DNA from: Prochlorococcus sp. AG-409-K04
GTDB lineage: Bacteria; Cyanobacteriota; Cyanobacteriia; PCC-6307; Cyanobiaceae
DNA: 24,000 nt
Assembly (NCBI GenBank): GCA_003215555.1
Contig: QCKE01000012.1
Span: forward strand, 16,633 to 40,632
Reading direction: 5' to 3'
A program made the position numbers and the translations under genes. The notes under the pieces are model-generated. The model was not told the DNA's origin. It was given only the letters and a program-made list of their open reading frames with translations, and searched no databases. Shown one piece after another: positions 10,336-16,264 of this stretch; position 1 is the stretch's first letter; each line of letters opens with the position of its first letter.

Positions 10336-10338
10336 TTT

Positions 10339-10971
10339 ATGAAGCTTCCTTTCTCTTTAGGACAGTATTTTTTTGCAGTTGTATTTTCCGTATTTTGTTT
10401 TTTTGTGTTTACCAATGAGTCAGTTTTAGCTCATCATCCCTTCGAAATGGGAAACAGTTTAGAGCTTTCTTTTTGGAAAGCTCTTGTTAGTGGTATTGGA
10501 CATCCATTAGTTGGTCCTGATCATTTGCTTTTTATGATTGGCATTGTCTTTGTGGGACTCAAAAGAACCAAAAAATTAGTTCTTCCCCTTTTGTTTGTTG
10601 GTTTAGCCGGAAGTGTTTTTGTTCAATTCTTGCCTTTGTCTGAATTTTGGGATCCTTGGGCAGAATTATTTGTTTCGCTATCTTTAGCAATCGAGGGTTT
10701 TATCATTCTCAACGTTTTGAGTTCATATTGGCTTTTCCCAATGTTTGCTTTACATGGTTATTTACTTGGAAGCACAATTATTGGTGCTGAGCCTACACCT
10801 TTATTGGGATATTTTGGAGGACTTTTGCTTGCACAAGGATGCTTTTTATTCTTTTTAATCTCAATCTCTCGAGAAGTGATTAATAGAGTGACATTTAATT
10901 TTCGCAATTTACTTGCAGGTATTTGGATAGGAATAGGACTTGCATTTTCTTGGACTATTGTTATTCCATGA
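10339..10971 (+). CDS. hupE: HupE/UreJ-family metal (probably cobalt) permease
   Basis: From ATG 10339 the ORF has a signal-like N-terminus ending ..SVLAHHPFEMG, then the HupE/UreJ signature GIGHPLVGPDHLLFMIG and about 6 hydrophobic helices. The track start at 10222 (TTG) lies inside the riboswitch and is rejected. Confidence 0.8.
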   Translation: MKLPFSLGQYFFAVVFSVFCFFVFTNESVLAHHPFEMGNSLELSFWKALVSGIGHPLVGPDHLLFMIGIVFVGLKRTKKLVLPLLFVGLAGSVFVQFLPLSEFWDPWAELFVSLSLAIEGFIILNVLSSYWLFPMFALHGYLLGSTIIGAEPTPLLGYFGGLLLAQGCFLFFLISISREVINRVTFNFRNLLAGIWIGIGLAFSWTIVIP

Positions 10972-11034
10972 TTTGGACTATTCCATATAAACTAAATAAA
11001 TTACAAAAAGAGTTATAAGCAAAAATGTAAATAT

Positions 11035-11649
11035 TTAGTTATTTTTTGAAGAACTAATTGCCTTGTATGATGCCTTATTCCAAAAATAAAGCCAAGCAGT
11101 TATCCCAATAAATTTAAAGCCTTCTTCAAGAATTTGTACAGTTTCATAGTTGATTGGTAAGAAATCTTGAAAAATATCACTGATAACAGAAAGAGCTAAT
11201 AGAAATGCAGATCCAAGAAATGCGTAAATATCAATTTCTTTAATTAAATGACCAAATTTGATGATTAAAAATATAGCTAGAGCTATATATATAGTATAAA
11301 GAATATCTTGATTTATTTGCTTTTTATCATGTAAAAGAAAGAGATCATCTAAACAAAGAAGGCCCGAAAAAAAACCTCCAATAATTACTAATCTTTTATA
11401 GGATTTCTTATTAATTAGATTAGAAGTATAGGAGAAAAGACAGATTGCACTTGCTGCTGCCCATAGAATTACTCCTAAACTAGATATCATGCCTACGCCA
11501 ATTGGGTAATCGCAAGTTTGTAGGAGGTCTCGAAGTACTAAGCTTGTTTCAATTCCTGCATTTGAAGTAATAAATAATATAGATATATATATTGCCAATG
11601 ATGGTAAAATTGCAATTTTGAACAGATTTTTTAATGAATTTTTGTGCAT
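11035..11649 (-). CDS. Multi-pass integral membrane protein, unknown function
   Basis: Long ORF with about 6 hydrophobic segments and no motif I recognise. The first ATG is at 11649 (MHKNSLKNLF..). The track start at 11670 is a TTG. It sits in a visibly AT-rich segment. Confidence 0.55.
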   Translation of the reverse strand: MHKNSLKNLFKIAILPSLAIYISILFITSNAGIETSLVLRDLLQTCDYPIGVGMISSLGVILWAAASAICLFSYTSNLINKKSYKRLVIIGGFFSGLLCLDDLFLLHDKKQINQDILYTIYIALAIFLIIKFGHLIKEIDIYAFLGSAFLLALSVISDIFQDFLPINYETVQILEEGFKFIGITAWLYFWNKASYKAISSSKNN

Positions 11650-12071
11650 TGATCTTGCTGTGATAAACAAAAAAATTTTATCAATTTGAATCTAATCTGC
11701 TGTTTGTTTTGCAATTGTCAAGCTTCTTATTTGAATTTTCCGATGTAGAGAATTTTGTTGTATTAACGACATTCTTTTTGCAACGCATAAGAACTATTTT
11801 ATCCAATGAGATACTTTGATTTGGTTTAATATATTTTATCTTTTAATTTTATTTAGTTTATATATAGTTTCTTCAGTTTATTAATTATTAATTTGTGAAT
11901 ACTTTTTGCTTGAAAAAGTGAAAGATCATTCTTCCAAGGTTCTTTGAATGACTTTGTTAATAGATGAGAGCTTCTCTTTATGATGATTTTGTTGGATTCC
12001 CTAACAAGCTAATTTCATCCCCCAGTCATTCTTTTAAGTGTGTTATTTAATTGCATAATGATACTTAAGAA

Positions 12072-12200
12072 TCAGTTGAATTTGTATAAGTAAAAGCTTG
12101 TAATTGCTATTGAAATCCATGCAAAGGAAGAAATGGATATTAGAAAAAAAATAACTTGATCAATTGCTTTCATTTGCATGTGATTTTCTTTGCTACGCAT
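12072..12200 (-). CDS. Candidate 42-codon single-helix peptide (PsbL-reminiscent C-terminus). Not in the ORF track.
   Basis: Hand translation gives [42 protein letters not shown] followed by TGA (12074-12072). The ATG at 12200-12198 overlaps the TAG stop of the upstream gene (AATGCGTAG). Internal ATGs at 12179 and 12173 are alternative starts. The only support is ORF integrity, one hydrophobic helix and start/stop coupling. Confidence 0.35.
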   Translation of the reverse strand: MRSKENHMQMKAIDQVIFFLISISSFAWISIAITSFYLYKFN

Positions 12201-12519
12201 TAAATAAACCTCTTCTAATGAACTGCATTGCAAATATTGCTCCTAGAAAAAATACAGTTGGAATTCCTAAGGCATTGACAGCTAGAGTTCTAACAGTAAA
12301 AACCGGATAGCCTTCTTTAGTTCTTTTATCTGGAACGATGCCACTATCTTCCCAATCTTGATAATTTTCTAATGATGGTAAGCCAGGGATTATACTTTGG
12401 TCCCATTTGAGGACTCCCCAAAAAGAAAGCCAGAAGATTGTTGATAATGATGCAATAAAAATCGGTGCTAATACAATTAGAGTTTTAAGTAGCATTGATA
12501 TATAGAATTCATTTTTCAT
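12193..12519 (-). CDS. Two-helix membrane protein with a PsbF-like (cytochrome b559 beta-like) C-terminal helix that lacks the heme-ligand His
   Basis: 108-aa ORF with an ATG start. The C-terminus [33 protein letters not shown] closely matches the PsbF core as I recall it ([33 protein letters not shown]), with Asn in place of the His ligand. It also has an extra N-terminal helix and an acidic, Trp-rich linker. Confidence 0.7.
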   Translation of the reverse strand: MKNEFYISMLLKTLIVLAPIFIASLSTIFWLSFWGVLKWDQSIIPGLPSLENYQDWEDSGIVPDKRTKEGYPVFTVRTLAVNALGIPTVFFLGAIFAMQFIRRGLFNA

Positions 12520-12810
12520 TCTTATGCATTGTGGATCATTAGTAGTTATATTTTTTGGACTGATTGGTAATAAATGACTTAAGTTCAGGTTATATTTCTA
12601 TTTATAGATAAATATTAGTCATTTAGATGTATAAAATTGATCTACTTTGTTTTAAATTTGAAACTTAAGTATTTGTTTGTGGGTGTTTATTAGAAGGAAT
12701 ATTTAGAAATTGTTTCAAAGCAGAGTTTTTTATGATTCAGCAGTGATGAATTACTTTCTATTTTGCTGCTTGAATGTAGAAGGTTGACAGCCGATTTCGA
12801 TCTGAACTAG

Positions 12811-12845
12811 AAGGGCTGACTTATGTCAGCCCTTTTTATGTTTTT
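12811..12845 (+). terminator. Rho-independent terminator oriented for the + strand
   Basis: Perfect 10-bp stem AAGGGCTGAC / GTCAGCCCTT with a TTAT loop, followed on the + strand by TTTATGTTTTT. On the - strand the stem is followed by CTAGTTC, which gives no U-tract. Confidence 0.5.
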
Positions 12846-12944
12846 GAGATGACTGAGAATAGATTTTGAGGAGAATTATTGGATTTTGCCCCCAAACCTA
12901 ATTTTGACTTTTTTTGAGATCTTGAGACCCATTGCGCTGCAATT

Positions 12945-12967
12945 AAAAAGGACGCCTTCCAGCGTCC
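12945..12967 (-). terminator. Terminator-like hairpin at the 3' end of the tmRNA coding piece
   Basis: The - strand reads GGACGC-TGGAAG-GCGTCC followed by TTTTT. It lies about 195 nt downstream of the GGGGCUG 5' end of the coding piece. Confidence 0.55.
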
Positions 12968-13216
12968 ATGGACCAATTGGGTAATAAGGCTGGTCTCACC
13001 CCATCTCTCTTTAGGGTCAAGCAGCAACAGGGGCTGTTTGACGAGAGAAACTAACGATTTTGTTAGCATTTATGGTTTTGCTCTAACCGAGCAGGTTTCA
13101 GTCAAACTCCTTGCATCCCGTCGAAACCATTGCAGCCCCAGCAGATGATGGAGCTGAGCGGAATCGAACCGCTGTCCGAGAAACTGGTGTGAATCACCTA
13201 GTCTATTAAAATAGAC
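12945..13216 (-). ncRNA. ssrA: tmRNA gene, circularly permuted (two-piece) form
   Basis: Read on the - strand, the T-arm and acceptor 3' half (GGACAGCGGTTCGATTCCGCTCAGCTCCA, ending at 13149) come first. A 9-nt spacer TCATCTGCT follows. Then comes the tmRNA 5' end GGGGCTGCAATGGTTTCGACGGG starting at 13139. The tag reading frame GCT AAC AAA ATC GTT AGT TTC TCT CGT CAA ACA GCC CCT GTT GCT GCT TGA (13067..13017) encodes ANKIVSFSRQTAPVAA. GGGGCUG pairs with CAGCUCC, including the G3:U pair. The 5' boundary is inferred from a TAAGAAT -10-like box at 13229-13223. The outer ends are approximate. Confidence 0.9.
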
Positions 13217-13291
13217 ATAGCTATTCTTACAGATATCTACACTATGTATTAAGTCGAATTCAATAAATGCAAACAAATTATTTTAGATTTT

Positions 13292-14428
13292 GTGCCTAAG
13301 CAGATTACAGTTATAGCTTCTCTCCCTCATGGTTTGGAGGAATCTGGTGCAAAAGAATTAGAGAATCTTGGAGCAAAATTAATTAAATTTTCTACAGGCA
13401 TTGTGATTTGTTCTGTTGACTTGTCATGTTTTTACAGATTACATTTACAAGCTCGTTTACCATTTAGATTTTTTCGGCAACTTAGTCAATTTAAATGTCA
13501 TAGTCAGAAGTCTCTTTATGATGGAATTCAAAATTCATTTGACTTAGAAAATTGGCTAGATCCAACTAAAAGTTTTCGTGTAGATGTATCTGGTGTTTCA
13601 AGAGAGATGAATCATAGTCATTTTACTGCATTACAAATTAAAAATGCTATTGTTGATTCTCAAAGGGAAATTTGGGGTTATAGATCAAATGTAAATCTGA
13701 CTTTACCTGATGTTTGTTTACATTTACATCTTAATTCTAATATTGCCACTTTAAGCCTTGCAACTTCAAGCTATAGTTTACATCGAAGAGGTTATAGATC
13801 TGCTATAGGTAAAGCACCTTTGAAGGAGAATATAGCTTCTGGATTATTATATATAGCGAAGTGGAAATATTCAATTAATATAGTAGATTTATTCTGTGGT
13901 TCTGGAACTTTTCTTTTGGAAGCCGCAAGTATTGCTAAAGGAATTTGCCCGGGATTGAACAGTAAATTTATGTTCGAAGATTGGCCTGATTTTGATGAAG
14001 AACTTTGGGATTATGAAAAGAAATCTGCTCATAGTCTTTTTAAGAGTAATCAAAAAATATCTCAGATTATTGGCTTTGAAAAAGATATTAATATTGCTAA
14101 TCAAGCAAAGATGAATATTTTAAAAGCCGGACTTGAAAAGGAAATAGTTATAAAAATGGGAGATTTTAGAGATTATCAATTACCTAAAGTGCCAGGAATA
14201 ATTGTATGTAATCCACCTTATGGAAAACGCATAGGAAATACTGAGGACTTGGGAGATTTATATTTTGAACTAGGTCATTATTTAAAGAAGAATGCCTCAG
14301 GTTGGAATTTGTGGTTGTTAAATGGGAATCCTCAGTTGAGTAGATTTCTTCGTATGAAGTGTAAGCAACGTTTTCCGATCAGTAATGGAGGCATTGATTG
14401 TCGTTGGATGAATTATTTAATTCATTGA
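13292..14428 (+). CDS. THUMP-domain SAM-dependent RNA methyltransferase (COG0116/UPF0020, RlmL-like)
   Basis: 378-aa ORF. The N-terminal THUMP-like region is ITVIASLPHGLEESGAKELENLGA. The SAM-binding motif is VDLFCGSGTFLLEA and the catalytic motif is VCNPPYGKRIG. The start is GTG at 13292, with a stop at 13265-13267 upstream. The exact RNA target is unknown. Confidence 0.85.
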   Translation: MPKQITVIASLPHGLEESGAKELENLGAKLIKFSTGIVICSVDLSCFYRLHLQARLPFRFFRQLSQFKCHSQKSLYDGIQNSFDLENWLDPTKSFRVDVSGVSREMNHSHFTALQIKNAIVDSQREIWGYRSNVNLTLPDVCLHLHLNSNIATLSLATSSYSLHRRGYRSAIGKAPLKENIASGLLYIAKWKYSINIVDLFCGSGTFLLEAASIAKGICPGLNSKFMFEDWPDFDEELWDYEKKSAHSLFKSNQKISQIIGFEKDINIANQAKMNILKAGLEKEIVIKMGDFRDYQLPKVPGIIVCNPPYGKRIGNTEDLGDLYFELGHYLKKNASGWNLWLLNGNPQLSRFLRMKCKQRFPISNGGIDCRWMNYLIH

Positions 14429-14811
14429 GGTTTCCCAAATACAGCTTTTGTGCTTTTAGATAATCCTTCAAAAGTTTCAGGTAAATAAGGTCCTTTTGTA
14501 AGATGTCCTCCAATACGGAAGCTTATTCCGGCTATGGTGACATCAATTAGTGCAAGTATTAGCAGTGCTGTGTCAATCTTTAAATCTAAAGAATTTTGGA
14601 ACCAGATGATTATGATTATATGTAAGGCGAGCAATGTAAATAACATCAATATTCCACCTAGTGCAAGAAAAAGGCCACCACTAATTATTCTTCTTCTTTC
14701 TCGATTAACTTCTTTAAGTGCAATTCTCACATGAAGATCCATTATAGAACTTGCAAGTGCTGTAACCCTTGCTGCAGCTCTAAATCCTTTAGAATTTTCA
14801 GAGTTATCCAT
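14422..14811 (-). CDS. YqjE-like inner-membrane protein (DUF1469 / 'holin superfamily III'-type fold)
   Basis: 129-aa ORF. An amphipathic N-terminal helix (IMDLHVRIALKEVNRERRRI) is followed by two hydrophobic helices, an architecture and pattern like E. coli YqjE. Its ATG overlaps the stop of the upstream gene (TAATG at 14813-14809). Its 3' end overlaps the convergent methyltransferase by 7 nt. Confidence 0.7.
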   Translation of the reverse strand: MDNSENSKGFRAAARVTALASSIMDLHVRIALKEVNRERRRIISGGLFLALGGILMLFTLLALHIIIIIWFQNSLDLKIDTALLILALIDVTIAGISFRIGGHLTKGPYLPETFEGLSKSTKAVFGKPQ

Positions 14812-15275
14812 TAGGATCTTTTACCTCCAGTTAAAAGTATTCCCAAGAAAACTCCTATAGTTGCTGCAATTCCTATAGCAAGTAAAGGTCTTTTCCTAAT
14901 AGGTTTTTCTATTTTTGGCCTCAGTGTTTGATTTAGTTCATCTAAAAGCTCTTCTAATTGTTTTTCAAAGGGCTCTAAACTTTCAGCAAGATCTTTTGTG
15001 CGGCTGCCAGCTGAACTTAAGAGCTCTTCTAGGTGCTCTAATACTCCCTCAGATGTTTTTCCAGAGTGCGATGAAATGATTTTGACTAAATCTTCGAGAC
15101 TGCCTCTTGTAGCCTCAATTGTTTGTTGTGCTAGATCAGGCCATTCCTCTTGAATTTTTGGCAATAGATCATCAAATTGCTCACTAAACCATTGGTTGGA
15201 GAGACTTTTATTCTCAGGTAACCTAGTGTCAACTGATGCCTGGGTTTCGCGAGATGCGGAATTCACAGATTCCAT
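14811..15275 (-). CDS. YqjD/ElaB-like (DUF883) tail-anchored membrane stress protein
   Basis: 154-aa ORF with an acidic helical body (LEELLDELNQ..). The C-terminal anchor KRPLLAIGIAATIGVFLGILLTGGKRS matches the ElaB/YqjD tail pattern (..PW.aiGigAa.G.llG.Ll.rR). Confidence 0.7.
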   Translation of the reverse strand: MESVNSASRETQASVDTRLPENKSLSNQWFSEQFDDLLPKIQEEWPDLAQQTIEATRGSLEDLVKIISSHSGKTSEGVLEHLEELLSSAGSRTKDLAESLEPFEKQLEELLDELNQTLRPKIEKPIRKRPLLAIGIAATIGVFLGILLTGGKRS

Positions 15276-15519
15276 AATTACCAGACTGTTTTTTCAAGCG
15301 TAGTGAGCCCCTCTACAATATGTAACCCCTCTGAGTACTATATCTGTCTAAATATGAACTTAACCATTAAACGAACAATTACTTGTAACTAAAGGTACAA
15401 ACTATGTTCTTTGGCTTTTCTTTTGGGATTTAATAACATTCATACGTCGCCTTTGCTTACATTTATTGCTATTTGAATGCTTCTAGTGCTAAAGATCTCA
15501 TGTAATTAATTTAGTGATC

Positions 15520-15651
15520 ATGGACGTCGGATTGTCTGCAATGTTTTTTGCGTCCAATACCACCCCTACAGATTTCGGTCTAGTTCTTGCAGCTATTGCA
15601 GGTGCTGGTAGTTTGCTTTTAGTTGCTCTGAGATTTGTACCTTCTGATTAA
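15520..15651 (+). CDS. Candidate 43-codon single-helix membrane peptide. Not in the ORF track.
   Basis: Hand translation from ATG 15520 gives MDVGLSAMFFASNTTPTDFGLVLAAIAGAGSLLLVALRFVPSD followed by TAA (15649-15651). It is noticeably more GC-rich than the flanking AT-rich spacer and has one clear hydrophobic helix. I could not match it to any photosystem or b6f small subunit. Confidence 0.35.
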   Translation: MDVGLSAMFFASNTTPTDFGLVLAAIAGAGSLLLVALRFVPSD

Positions 15652-15883
15652 ATAGTCAAAAATTAATTTAATACAAGATTGACAGATGAATGCTCTTTCA
15701 GGGTTAGTTTATCTGTTAGTTTGTAGTTTCTGTATTTTTGATTAGAATATTCTGCTTTTATAGAAGCTTTGTAGAGTAACTTGGTTTTAGATCATCAAAT
15801 ACCAATTGAGTAATGGATTATTATCTTTTGATTTAAATTTTTGGATCTCTTTGATCAGATATAAATAATTATTTTTTAATTCA

Positions 15884-16264
15884 TTGCTTAACTTGCTTGT
15901 GACTAATAGATGGGTGATTCTCAGACATACAGTTTCTAAAGATAATTTGGATGGACTTCACTTTGATCTTTTAGTTGAAGCTGGAGATTTTTGTCGCACT
16001 TGGCGTTTACCTATTATCCCCTGTGTAAATGGGCCATGCGTACCAGCTCTTTTGCAGCCTTCTCATAATTTGTATTGGTTAGAGAGAGACGAAGCTTGTG
16101 TATCGGGTGGTAGAGGATGGGCTAAGAAAGTTTTGGGAGGAAATTTTACCGGGTTGACATCTTCTGTTGAAAATGATGATTTATCAATAGACATCAATAG
16201 CAGCAAGTTAAGTGGGCGATTGGAAATAAAAAATGGACTTTGTAAAATAGTTTCTTTTTCTTAA
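15884..16264 (+). CDS. Small standalone protein resembling the LigD N-terminal 3'-phosphoesterase domain
   Basis: 126-aa ORF. WVILRHTVSKDNLDGLHFDLLVE..CRTWRLP..PSHNLYWLE..VSGGRGW parallels the LigD PE pattern (.KH....LHYDFRLE..LKSWAVPKGP..HPLDY..FEG..YGGG) as I recall it. The start is ambiguous: TTG 15884, or the in-frame GTG within the RWVILRH region. Confidence 0.55.
   Translation: MLNLLVTNRWVILRHTVSKDNLDGLHFDLLVEAGDFCRTWRLPIIPCVNGPCVPALLQPSHNLYWLERDEACVSGGRGWAKKVLGGNFTGLTSSVENDDLSIDINSSKLSGRLEIKNGLCKIVSFS

Noticed and set aside
10222-10338. N-terminal 39 codons of the track ORF 10222..10971 (TTG start, MEVTGKSGENPLLSRNCEV...)
   Set aside because: This stretch is the cobalamin riboswitch aptamer and B12 box. 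The ATG at 10339, preceded by GAGGA and followed by a signal-peptide-like sequence, is the credible start.
11700-11760. Sigma-70-type promoter (TTGACA ... TAGATT / TAAAAT) upstream of the 11035..11649 membrane-protein gene
   Set aside because: The spacing between the TTGACA and the candidate -10 boxes is non-canonical. In sequence this AT-rich, TAnnnT hexamers occur everywhere. It cannot be supported without TSS data.
12193-12519. Calling the 108-aa protein a genuine PsbE-PsbF fusion, that is, a functional single-chain cytochrome b559
   Set aside because: Both would-be heme-ligand positions lack His. The N-terminal half resembles PsbE only weakly and with different spacing. A two-helix hairpin forces an antiparallel topology incompatible with the parallel alpha/beta heterodimer. 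Only the PsbF-like helix is well supported.
10980-13216. Integrated mobile element or genomic island at ssrA
   Set aside because: I looked for an integrase, a transposase and a direct repeat of either ssrA terminus within 11.0-12.9 kb and found none by eye. Only the compositional and spacing oddity remains, and it is reported as a low-interest finding rather than a mobile element.
12836-13276. Track ORFs 12836..13069 (-) and 13070..13276 (-), 77 and 68 aa
   Set aside because: Both lie on the tmRNA gene. The first is simply an off-frame reading through the tag region (ATGCTAACAAAATCG...). The second runs through the acceptor piece, T-arm and 5' stem. The RNA gene explains the sequence fully.
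14422-14811. Interpreting the 129-aa membrane protein as a phage holin or lysis cassette
   Set aside because: No endolysin, spanin or any phage structural or integration gene is nearby. The gene is translationally coupled to a YqjD/ElaB-like gene exactly as in the chromosomal yqjD-yqjE arrangement, so a stress-membrane role fits better.
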